Assembly (NCBI GenBank): GCA_043753995.1
Contig: JAYUVP010000158.1
Location: 1 to 20,759 of the forward strand
DNA: 20,759 bases
Source of the DNA: Fibrobacterota bacterium
GTDB lineage: Bacteria > Fibrobacterota > Fibrobacteria > UBA11236
Direction: 5' to 3'
The notes beneath the pieces are model-generated. The model did not search any database, had not been told where the DNA came from, and saw only the letters and a program-made list of their open reading frames with translations. Positions 1-8,272 of the stretch are shown piece after piece. The position numbers were made by a program, and so were the translations under genes. Position 1 is the stretch's first letter. The number at the start of each line of letters is the position of its first letter.

Positions 1-1577
1 GTGGTGGCCGCCAAGTTGGCTAATCCAGCCTCAGGCGCTTCAATGCTGTAGGCGCCGGGATTCTGATTGTCGTAGAAAATGCAGGGTACGGGATTCAAGG
101 TGTGGCTGGTTTTGGCCTTGATGCGTCCGTCTTTATTGCGTGCGGCTTGGCCCGACTTTTTGTCGATCTCGAACATTTCATCGGCATTGCCATGATCCGC
201 AGTGATTATTGCCATGCCACCTAAGGCGTCGATGACAGGTAAAAGTCGCGCTAGGCACAAATCCACGACTTCGACCGCCATGGTCGCGGCGCGAAAACTT
301 CCGGTATGGCCCACCATGTCTCCATTGGCATAATTCACGCGACCAAAACGGAACTTTCCGGTTTTGAGCTGATCGATGAGAGCGTCTGTGATTTCGGCGG
401 CCTTCATCCAAGGACGTTCGTCAAAGCTCACACGATCGGAAGGCACTTCGATATAGGTCTCGTTTTTGTCATCAAATTTGCCGCTGCGATTGCCATTCCA
501 GAAATAGGTCACATGCCCGAATTTCTGAGTCTCGGAAATGGCCAATTGGCTAACTCCGCTTTGCGCTAAAAACTCCCCCATGGTATTGCGGATTTCTGGA
601 GGCGTCACCAAATAACGGGCGGGAATATGCTGATCCCCGTCGTATTCCAACATGCCTGCATAGCAAACCTTGGGGCGACGCACGCGGTCGAAATAGCGAA
701 AGCTTTCGTCTTCGAAAGCACGCGAAATTTCAATGGCTCGGTCACCGCGAAAATTGAAAAACACCACGCTGTCACCATCGACTATGGTGCCCACCGGTTT
801 ACCGTCCTTTGCGACGACAAAGCCCGGCAAGTCCTGATCGATGACATTCTTGATTTCGCTGCGAAGCGTATTGATGGCTTCTTCGGCGCTGGCGAATTGC
901 CGTCCCTCTCCGAGAACATGAATGCGCCAACCGCGCTCCACCATGGCCCAATCGGCCTCATAGCGATCCATGGTGATTTTCATGCGACCGCCGCCGCTGG
1001 CTATAGCCACGTCGAAACCGGTATTGCGCAATTCATCGAGAAAACGCTCAAATGGCTGCACATAATCCAAGGCGGAAGTTTCGCCGACATCACGGCCATC
1101 GAGAAGCACATGCACTCGCGCGCGTTTCACGCCTTCCTTATGGGCTTGCAAAAGCATGGCCTTCAGGTGATCGATATGACTATGCACATTGCCGTCGGAA
1201 AAAAGCCCGAGCAAATGCAAGGTGCCGCCTTGGCGCACCTGGTTCATGAGTTCTTTCCAGCTGTCACGCGCGAAAATTTTACCCGAGGCAATGGCCTGGC
1301 TCACCAGGGAAGCCCCTTGCTCGAAAACCTGTCCCGAGCCGAGGGCATTGTGGCCCACTTCGCTATTGCCCATGTCGTCATCGCTTGGCAAGCCGACGGC
1401 CTTGCCATGGGCTTTGAGCAATAGGTTGGGATAATCTTTGAATAAGCGCTGCAAGGTCGGCGCATTGGCGGCCGCCACGGCATTGCCTTCGAGCTTGGGC
1501 GTGATGCCAATGCCGTCCATCACCACGGTGACGATGGGGCCGCGAAAATGGAGCGGACGGGTAAGCGATTTCAGCAT
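1..1577 (-). CDS. gpmI: 2,3-bisphosphoglycerate-independent phosphoglycerate mutase (iPGM), 3' end truncated by the window edge
   Basis: Manual translation from ATG at 1577 (GAGG 6 nt upstream) gives MLKSLTRPLHFRGPIVTVVMDGIG...HGKAVGLPSDDDMGNSEVGHNALGSG, containing the catalytic Ser motif GNSEVGH. Near the left edge the same frame gives TADHGNADEM, TSHTLNPVP and GLANLAAT. The frame runs off the edge, which explains its absence from the ORF track. Confidence 0.96.
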   Translation of the reverse strand, partial: MLKSLTRPLHFRGPIVTVVMDGIGITPKLEGNAVAAANAPTLQRLFKDYPNLLLKAHGKAVGLPSDDDMGNSEVGHNALGSGQVFEQGASLVSQAIASGKIFARDSWKELMNQVRQGGTLHLLGLFSDGNVHSHIDHLKAMLLQAHKEGVKRARVHVLLDGRDVGETSALDYVQPFERFLDELRNTGFDVAIASGGGRMKITMDRYEADWAMVERGWRIHVLGEGRQFASAEEAINTLRSEIKNVIDQDLPGFVVAKDGKPVGTIVDGDSVVFFNFRGDRAIEISRAFEDESFRYFDRVRRPKVCYAGMLEYDGDQHIPARYLVTPPEIRNTMGEFLAQSGVSQLAISETQKFGHVTYFWNGNRSGKFDDKNETYIEVPSDRVSFDERPWMKAAEITDALIDQLKTGKFRFGRVNYANGDMVGHTGSFRAATMAVEVVDLCLARLLPVIDALGGMAIITADHGNADEMFEIDKKSGQAARNKDGRIKAKTSHTLNPVPCIFYDNQNPGAYSIEAPEAGLANLAAT

Positions 1578-1607
1578 GTTAAACCTCGTAAGGACTTGGC
1601 CGTTAGG

Positions 1608-3287
1608 CTATCCGTTGCGGCGATGACGGGGTGAAGGGCGTGACGATTGGCGCTTCGTTTGAATCGAGCGGGGGTCCATGCTCTTTTCCACCGGTACGGG
1701 GGTGCGATTGAGCAGACCGAAGCGATCGGGTACATAGACAACGAGCATTTCCAATTCGTCGGTGCCGGGAAACATGTCATAGGGCACGGCTTTGGCGACC
1801 ATATAACCCGCACGACGCCAAGCGTCGCAGTCGCGCACGAGAGCATCCATGCCGCAAAAAAGCTGCACCACGCGCTTGGGCCCGCGGCTGGCCAGGGTGC
1901 GTATAACACCCGCTCCCACGCCGGACTTGGGAGGATCGAGCAGCAACACTTCCGGCTTATCGCCCGGAGGCGCCAGCAATTTCATGAGGCTATGCGGATC
2001 AATGCTTTCGCGTAGGTATCGCGTATTCGTAAGCTTGCGTGCCGCCGCCATGGCGCGGGCCGTGGGTATGGCCAATTCGGCGGCATCGATGCCGATAACT
2101 TCAGAAGCCTCTGGCGCGGCCGCTAAACTGAATAACCCATAACCGCAATACAAATCGATGAGCCGGTCTTCGCGACGCAGTTTCAATGCCGCCACCGTGT
2201 CGGTGACCAGAGTCGGCAACAGGCTCAAATTGATTTGGCTGAAGCCTAGCGGATGAAAATCGTATTTGATATTGCCTACGGAAATGGGAAAGGTTTCCGG
2301 GCCATAAAGGCGCTTGGCCTTCCATGCGCCTTTGGGTGCGCTTTGATCGAGATAAAAAGGCGAATCATTGGCGCCTTGAAACATCCAAGCGGATAAGATT
2401 CCCAAGTCCTTTTCGCGTTCTAATTGGCCCGCTAAAAGTTTGGCCTTGCGCACCACTTCGGCATTGATGCGATAAACGTTTAAGATGACGGCGAAGCGTT
2501 CATAGTCGCCGCGTATCACTACGAAATTGAGCGCACTTGCAATGATTTTGTAGGCGTCGCTGCGTAGCTTGGTCAGAAGAAAGTCGTATATGCGAGCATG
2601 GGCTTCGGGTTCCAAAGCCGATTTGCTTCCCAAACGGGCTGCGCCTGGTGTACGCACTTCGGGTTTGAAATCGAGGTTCACCTCGCCGCGATCGACACTG
2701 ATTCGACGCTTCGAGGTGGTGCGATAGGCGCGGGGCTTGGGGCTGGCCAGAGTCAAATTGGGCTTGTCAGGAAGCCCTTGGGCCTTCCAAAACAAACGCA
2801 TCGCCTCGTCTTTCAATTTGAGCTCGGTCAAGTAGGGGATATCGGCCAAGGGTTCGGCTACGGACGCTCCGGTGCGTGCCGATGCTTCACCTTGACTCTT
2901 CAGGGCTAGGCCTCGCAAGGTTTGACTAAAGGTCAAAGTCCCGACGGCCTCGGTGACGACGACCGGGGTGGGTAACACCTCGGCTACTGGAGGCCTGGAC
3001 TTAAACGGCGAACGGGAATTCGGGCGACCCTCTGTTTTGGGTGCCGGGCTCGGCTCTGGTTTATACGGTGTTTTCGAATGCGCACCCGCTTGCGACCGTG
3101 GCCCGCCCTTGGGTCCACGCCCAGGCCTTTGGCTGCCACCTTTATCCTGGCGCTCCGGTTTTCCGCCTCTCCCAGAGGTGCGGCTGGGTCGTCCTGACTC
3201 AGGCGCATCACCACGGGGAGGCTCGGCCGCCCGCTTTTGGAAGCGGTCAAAAGGTCTGGGCTTGCGTGGAGATGGCTTAGGTGTCAT
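1608..3287 (-). CDS. RlmD/TrmA-family RNA (uracil-C5)-methyltransferase with a long basic low-complexity N-terminus
   Basis: Motifs FSQIN, DLYCGYG (SAM binding), LLDPPKSG, QLFCG (catalytic Cys position) and DMFPGTDELE. I chose the ATG at 3287, 17 nt after the cbiX stop. The track's TTG at 3359 would overlap cbiX. Confidence 0.9.
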   Translation of the reverse strand: MTPKPSPRKPRPFDRFQKRAAEPPRGDAPESGRPSRTSGRGGKPERQDKGGSQRPGRGPKGGPRSQAGAHSKTPYKPEPSPAPKTEGRPNSRSPFKSRPPVAEVLPTPVVVTEAVGTLTFSQTLRGLALKSQGEASARTGASVAEPLADIPYLTELKLKDEAMRLFWKAQGLPDKPNLTLASPKPRAYRTTSKRRISVDRGEVNLDFKPEVRTPGAARLGSKSALEPEAHARIYDFLLTKLRSDAYKIIASALNFVVIRGDYERFAVILNVYRINAEVVRKAKLLAGQLEREKDLGILSAWMFQGANDSPFYLDQSAPKGAWKAKRLYGPETFPISVGNIKYDFHPLGFSQINLSLLPTLVTDTVAALKLRREDRLIDLYCGYGLFSLAAAPEASEVIGIDAAELAIPTARAMAAARKLTNTRYLRESIDPHSLMKLLAPPGDKPEVLLLDPPKSGVGAGVIRTLASRGPKRVVQLFCGMDALVRDCDAWRRAGYMVAKAVPYDMFPGTDELEMLVVYVPDRFGLLNRTPVPVEKSMDPRSIQTKRQSSRPSPRHRRNG

Positions 3288-3304
3288 GGGGCGGGGCAAG
3301 TTAG

Positions 3305-3682
3305 CTACTGGGGGAGGCCATGGAGTGATTCCGCTAGAAATTGCGCGAAACCGGGCCAAGACCCCAGGGGTATTCCTGCTTGAAGGGCAATATTGGGGTA
3401 TTTGCTTCGGAATTTATCCACCGTGGCCGGCAAATCGACCAATAAATGCTTGCCAGTAAAAACCAAAAGCGGCTGAATCCAGATTTCCCGGGTATCGGGT
3501 TCTTGAGCCAGGCTTTCCAGGGCCTGTTCCAGATCAGGCTGGCCCACGGATAAAAAAGCCAAATGGATACTATCACCTAAGCCGGCCAGACGAATTTGCC
3601 CGACCAGCTTTTCAAATTCTTCGCGTGTTTGATGGGCGGGGCTGCCATGGGCCACCAAAACGATTTTGCGAAGTGATTTCAT
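3305..3682 (-). CDS. Single-domain CbiX/SirB-family sirohydrochlorin chelatase-like protein
   Basis: 125 aa. VLVAHGS, AFLSVGQPDL and PLLVFTGKHLLVDLP match the CbiX HGS...GxH...DxP pattern, with both His ligands present. Confidence 0.88.
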   Translation of the reverse strand: MKSLRKIVLVAHGSPAHQTREEFEKLVGQIRLAGLGDSIHLAFLSVGQPDLEQALESLAQEPDTREIWIQPLLVFTGKHLLVDLPATVDKFRSKYPNIALQAGIPLGSWPGFAQFLAESLHGLPQ

Positions 3683-3791
3683 CTTAGGTCGCCAGAACCC
3701 TTTGGTTACTGACTTTGAGCTTGAAGGACATTTTTCACTCGTTTTTGAAAGGAAGGTTTTGGGTTTTGGCCCACCACCTGTAAAATAACGA

Positions 3792-3832
3792 TTGCATCGG
3801 GGTATTCCGGGGACTTACAATCCGGGTATTCC
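3792..3832 (+). promoter_or_regulatory. Candidate sigma70-type promoter overlapped by a GGGTATTCC direct repeat
   Basis: TTGCAT (3792-3797), an 18 nt spacer, then TACAAT (3816-3821). GGGTATTCC occurs at 3800-3808 and 3824-3832. It lies in the divergent intergenic region. Confidence 0.4.
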
Positions 3833-3845
3833 CCTAAAAACCAAC

Positions 3846-4157
3846 ATGAGCCAAATTCAAATTAAGACCCAAACCCTAGACGGCGAACCCTTGATCGAAG
3901 TACGCGGTCAATGGGAGAGCAGTGCCCTGGATTTGCTCATTAAAGCTTTCCAGAAAAATGTAGCCAAAGCCCATGGCTTGCTGTTTTTACGCATGACCGA
4001 GCTCGACTACATGGACAGCGCGGCCTTGGGTGTCATCATGTTCCACATGAATGAACTGAGCAAACGCAAGGCTCGCCTGGTCATATTGGAGCCTTCCGCG
4101 GAGATGCTCGATATTTTGCATACCGCAAGCCTGGATAAGGTGCTGGAAATCCGCTGA
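3846..4157 (+). CDS. STAS-domain anti-sigma factor antagonist (SpoIIAA/RsbV-like)
   Basis: 103 aa from ATG 3846. LDYMDSAALG matches the conserved D-S-x-G/A-L-G phosphoserine motif, and the size fits a stand-alone STAS protein. Confidence 0.88.
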   Translation: MSQIQIKTQTLDGEPLIEVRGQWESSALDLLIKAFQKNVAKAHGLLFLRMTELDYMDSAALGVIMFHMNELSKRKARLVILEPSAEMLDILHTASLDKVLEIR

Positions 4158-4224
4158 ACCCCTATTTCCGGCCGACCCTGGATTTCAAGGTGGATCAAGC
4201 GGTGGTGACTATATTTCCAATGAA

Positions 4225-5322
4225 TTGAAACGCACAACCCTGTACGAAATTCACGCTGCATCCGGCGCTAAATTGGTGCCTTTTGCAGGGTATAGCATGC
4301 CAGTGCAATATTCTGGTATTCGCCATGAACACGAGGCCGTGCGCAAAGCTGCCGGTCTTTTCGATGTCTCGCATATGGGCAATGTGTGGGTGACTGGCCC
4401 CGAAGCCTGGAATTATCTCCAACATATTTCAACTGCGGATCTTGCCCGAATTGAAGATGGCGGCGTGCAATATTCCGCCATGGCCACCCCACAGGGAACA
4501 GCCATCGACGATATTTTGATTTATCGCTTGGCTCGCGACCGCTACATGATTGTGGTGAATGCCGCCAATGCTGAAAAAGACTTGGCTTGGATGCACTCGC
4601 ATTTACCTCCTTCAGGAGTGACCTTGGAAGACAGGGGAGAGGCCACGGCCATATTGTCTTTGCAAGGTCCTCAGGCCCAGGTCATTTTACAAATGCTGAC
4701 CGATTATCCCCTGGGAGAAATGGGCTATTATCGCTGCGCTGAAATTTCTTTGAGTGGCCTCCAGGTTTTGGTGAGTCGAACAGGATATACCGGAGAAGAT
4801 GGCTTTGAATTTTTTCCTCCGGCACAAGAAGCGCCACGCTTTTGGCAAGCCTTAATGGAGGTCGGATCCCCCTTGGGATTATTGCCTGTGGGCCTAGGCG
4901 CGCGTGATACCTTGCGCCTCGAGGCGGGCTTTTCGCTTTATGGCCATGAAATCACCGAGGCCACAGATTTATTGGAAGCCGGTTTGGGTTGGATTGTTGC
5001 CTTGGACAAGCCCGAATTTATCGGACGCGATGCCTTGCTGAGAAGCAAGGCTCAAGGCCTCAAGCGTAAATTAGTGGGCCTGAAAATGACGGAGCAAGGC
5101 ATTCCGCGCGAAGGTTGTTCCGTGACCCTAGACGGTGCTAATCTTGGCATTGTGACTTCGGGCACCATGTCACCCACTCTCAATCAAGGCATAGCTTTGG
5201 CCTATGTCGATTCAAGTCATGCCACTCCTGGACAAAACCTGAAGGTGATGATACGCGAAACGGCCAAGCAGGCCGAAGTGGTCAACCGCTATTTTTACCG
5301 ACGCCAGCGCCTAAAGAACTGA
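4225..5322 (+). CDS. gcvT: Glycine cleavage system aminomethyltransferase (T protein)
   Basis: Motifs [47 protein letters not shown] and [10 protein letters not shown]. The start is uncertain (TTG 4225 or ATT 4213). Confidence 0.97.
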   Translation: MKRTTLYEIHAASGAKLVPFAGYSMPVQYSGIRHEHEAVRKAAGLFDVSHMGNVWVTGPEAWNYLQHISTADLARIEDGGVQYSAMATPQGTAIDDILIYRLARDRYMIVVNAANAEKDLAWMHSHLPPSGVTLEDRGEATAILSLQGPQAQVILQMLTDYPLGEMGYYRCAEISLSGLQVLVSRTGYTGEDGFEFFPPAQEAPRFWQALMEVGSPLGLLPVGLGARDTLRLEAGFSLYGHEITEATDLLEAGLGWIVALDKPEFIGRDALLRSKAQGLKRKLVGLKMTEQGIPREGCSVTLDGANLGIVTSGTMSPTLNQGIALAYVDSSHATPGQNLKVMIRETAKQAEVVNRYFYRRQRLKN

Positions 5323-5331
5323 GGACCTCCA

Positions 5332-8244
5332 TTGCCGGTCACCCTTCGCGATAAGAAAAATTCCGGCGGGTCTAAGACCTCTCGCAAAGCTGAAGGCAAG
5401 GCTGAGCGTAAGTCCAAAGGAAAAGGCCGCGAAACCAAGGCTTCTGCACCTTCACCGCATCGCCGTGAATTTTGGGGTCTTCTCCTTTTGGCGATATGCT
5501 TGGTCACGGTCATTGCCTTGCTTTCAGAATTCATGCCCACGCGTCACGGCAATATTCTCGGGCCATGGTTAGGGCAGGGATGGGCCGGAGCTTTGAATTT
5601 GGCTTTTGGGCGGCTTCCCATTTTATTGTTCATCGCCGCAGCGGCCGTTGCGGGCTATGGCCAGGTCACGGGCAAGTTGCGCTTGCTTTGGCGTCCCCTG
5701 ATTTTGTTCGTGATTTTCGGCTTTACTTTGGGCGCTTTGCTCAGTGTACAACTCATCGGACATTCGCCGATAACGGAATTGGATTTGCAAGCCGCAGGCG
5801 GTCATTTAGGCAGTCTGGTCATCGTTTCCCTCCTGGGACCGCTTTTCGGACAAACCCAATTTGGGCCTTATTTACTGCTGGGTTTATTCACCTTATTCCT
5901 TTTGGTGTGGGGCTTTCGTCTTTCCCTGGCCGCTTGGATGGAGCGCGGCGCTGAGACGGCGGGCGCACTTGGCTTGCGAGTGGTTGATGGATTTCGATCC
6001 GGGCGAAGCGATTCTGATGCTGACCAAGAAGATGAGGACGAGGGATATACTCAACCCTTGGCCCTGTCTCCGACCTATGCCGCCGCCGCTTCCGGCAAGG
6101 CAACCAAGGCGGCCCCCGTCACTCCGCCGCTACCCAAGGCCAAGCCCGTCGAGACGCCGAATGCAGGCAGTCGTGGCATTCCCGCCTCGGCCTCAGCCAA
6201 GCCCGCCGCCAAGGCTTCGAATACAGCCGCTTCGGATGCGCCTGCGCTTTCTCCCGAAGTCGTCAATGAGCTAACACCCGAAGAATTGGAACAACTCGCC
6301 AAATTGGATCCCTCGGAAATGGATCCGCTTTTGGTGCGCAAGTTGCGCGATTTGCAATTGGAAAGGCAACGCGTCACCGAGTTGAATGAATGGGAGCAAA
6401 AGGTCCGCAGCCCAGAGATTTCCGGCATGCTGGGTGGACGAGGCAAAAAGCCACCCATACCCGAGGCCGCGGCATTAGTTTCGGGCGTGGACGGCGATCC
6501 CGCTTCAGGTGGAGAGTTGGAACCATCCGAAGAAGGCGAAGCCGCCCTTGCTAAGCGCAAGGCTAAGCCTGGCCTGGGGACAAAGGCTGTTAAAACCACC
6601 AAAGTCGGAGAAGCAATAGCACCCTCCTTAGCTCCTGTGGTGGAATCGGGTTGGGATAATACTCCGCGCGAAATCACGGTCGATGGGGACGAAGAAATCG
6701 ATACTGGGGTTGGCGAAGAAGAAACCGCCGAAATCAAGGCCGTACCAGCTCCAAAACCCGCGGTGAAATACGATACCTATCGTCTGCCTTCCCTCAATGA
6801 CATCTTCCCGGAACCGCCCAAGCAACCGCTCGAATTCACCGAAGAGGAATTGCGTGATCAGAGCAAAATGCTGGAAGCCCAGCTCATCAATTTCAAAGTC
6901 ATGGGCAAGGTCACTCAAATTTGCCCTGGGCCCGTGATTACACGCTATGAAGTGGAATTGGCTCCCGGCGTGAAAGTGAATCGCATCGCAGGTCTTGCCG
7001 ATGATTTGGCTCTCGCCCTTCGAGCCAAGAGCATTCGCATTTTGGCACCGATACCGGGGAAAAGCGTGGTGGGGATTGAAGTCCCTAATCGCAAAGCCCA
7101 AGTGGTTTATATCAAAGAAATATTGGCCTCGCCGGAATTTGGCTTCGAAGAGGATAGCCTGAAGGTCGGCCTGGGCAAAACCATTGGTGGCGAACCTTAT
7201 GTTATGGATTTAACGCGCGCCCCTCATTTACTCATTGCCGGTCAAACGGGCTCGGGTAAATCGGTGTGCATCAATTCCATCATGGCATCGCTTTTAGCCT
7301 CCAAGTCCCCTGACGACTTACGCATGATTCTGGTCGACCCCAAGGTCGTCGAGCTCAAGCCTTATGATGAGATTCCGCATTTGCTGCACCCTGTCATTAC
7401 CCAACCCGACATCGCCGTTCTGGCTTTGAAATGGGCCACGGTGGAAATGGACCGGCGTTACGAGGTGCTGGCCCAAAGTGGCGTACGCAATATCAAAGGC
7501 TTCAATCAACGCTGTCGCGAAGGTCGCCTACCCGAAATCATGGCGGATGAGGATAGGATTCATATGCCCTATATTCTCATCGTCATCGACGAATTGGCCG
7601 ATCTCATGATGGTGGCCGGCAAGGAGGTGGAAACCTCCATTGCTCGCATCGCCCAGAAAGCCCGCGCTGTCGGCATTCATTTGCTTTTGGCCACCCAGCG
7701 GCCGTCCACCAATGTTATCACCGGCACCATTAAGGCGAATTTGCCCACCCGCATCGCCTTTCAGGTCGCTAGCCAAATTGATGCCCGCACCATCATGGAC
7801 AAGCAAGGTGCCGAAAAGCTATTGGGCCGTGGCGACATGCTTTACAAGGCCATTGACTTTCCCGAGCCGGTACGGCTGCATGGCTGCTATATCGACGACG
7901 AGCAATGCGAAAAAATCGCGGGTGCTTGCGCGGGTCAATTTGTGAATTACCCTCAGGTGAAAAGCTTCAATCTCGACGAAGACAGCCGTGGCGGATCCGC
8001 CAATGACGAGCCCCGTGATGAATTATTCCGAGATGCCGCCGAACTCGTTGTGCAGCTCAAGCAGGCCTCGGTATCGCTCCTGCAGCGCCGTCTAGGCATA
8101 GGCTATGCCCGTTCTGGGCGATTAGTCGATCAACTCGAACGCGCTGGCATTGTCGGGCGCGAGCGGGGCAGTAAACCGCGCGAAGTGCTGATGAATGAAG
8201 AGGAATTGCAAAGCTTTCTGAGTTCTGGATTGAACGACGATTAG
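5332..8244 (+). CDS. ftsK: DNA translocase FtsK
   Basis: N-terminal multi-TM region, long Ala/Pro/Glu linker, GPVITRYE, PHLLIAGQTGSGKS (Walker A), IVIDELADLMM (Walker B), ATQRPS, GAEKLLGRGDML and a gamma domain (SLLQRRLGIGYARSGRLVDQLE). TTG start with GAGGA upstream. Confidence 0.97.
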   Translation: MPVTLRDKKNSGGSKTSRKAEGKAERKSKGKGRETKASAPSPHRREFWGLLLLAICLVTVIALLSEFMPTRHGNILGPWLGQGWAGALNLAFGRLPILLFIAAAAVAGYGQVTGKLRLLWRPLILFVIFGFTLGALLSVQLIGHSPITELDLQAAGGHLGSLVIVSLLGPLFGQTQFGPYLLLGLFTLFLLVWGFRLSLAAWMERGAETAGALGLRVVDGFRSGRSDSDADQEDEDEGYTQPLALSPTYAAAASGKATKAAPVTPPLPKAKPVETPNAGSRGIPASASAKPAAKASNTAASDAPALSPEVVNELTPEELEQLAKLDPSEMDPLLVRKLRDLQLERQRVTELNEWEQKVRSPEISGMLGGRGKKPPIPEAAALVSGVDGDPASGGELEPSEEGEAALAKRKAKPGLGTKAVKTTKVGEAIAPSLAPVVESGWDNTPREITVDGDEEIDTGVGEEETAEIKAVPAPKPAVKYDTYRLPSLNDIFPEPPKQPLEFTEEELRDQSKMLEAQLINFKVMGKVTQICPGPVITRYEVELAPGVKVNRIAGLADDLALALRAKSIRILAPIPGKSVVGIEVPNRKAQVVYIKEILASPEFGFEEDSLKVGLGKTIGGEPYVMDLTRAPHLLIAGQTGSGKSVCINSIMASLLASKSPDDLRMILVDPKVVELKPYDEIPHLLHPVITQPDIAVLALKWATVEMDRRYEVLAQSGVRNIKGFNQRCREGRLPEIMADEDRIHMPYILIVIDELADLMMVAGKEVETSIARIAQKARAVGIHLLLATQRPSTNVITGTIKANLPTRIAFQVASQIDARTIMDKQGAEKLLGRGDMLYKAIDFPEPVRLHGCYIDDEQCEKIAGACAGQFVNYPQVKSFNLDEDSRGGSANDEPRDELFRDAAELVVQLKQASVSLLQRRLGIGYARSGRLVDQLERAGIVGRERGSKPREVLMNEEELQSFLSSGLNDD

Positions 8245-8272
8245 TATTATTTCCCGGTCCGCGGGAGATACC

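Noticed and set aside
627..1424. 265-aa plus-strand ORF, and 306..569 +
   Set aside because: Antisense shadows of gpmI, which has clear catalytic motifs on the minus strand.
3288..3359. Longer TTG start for the methyltransferase
   Set aside because: It overlaps cbiX by 55 nt. ATG 3287 fits the operon spacing better.
3708..3718. 11-mer ACTGACTTTGA also found at 17685-17695, both in intergenic DNA
   Set aside because: One 11-bp match is plausible by chance, and the positions relative to start codons differ.
3766..3796. Possible sigma54 promoter (TGGC...TTGC)
   Set aside because: The GG-to-GC spacing is far from the required -24/-12 geometry.
3792..3845. 18-aa N-terminal extension of the STAS ORF from TTG 3792
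   Set aside because: It covers the candidate promoter, and ATG 3846 gives a normal STAS length.
5320..5331. GAGGACCTCC as an SD/anti-SD hairpin before ftsK
   Set aside because: The loop would be 1 nt, which cannot form.
6075..6737. 220-aa minus-strand ORF and other short ORFs inside ftsK, A2M and pbpC
   Set aside because: Antisense or alternate-frame by-products of long genuine genes, with no motifs.
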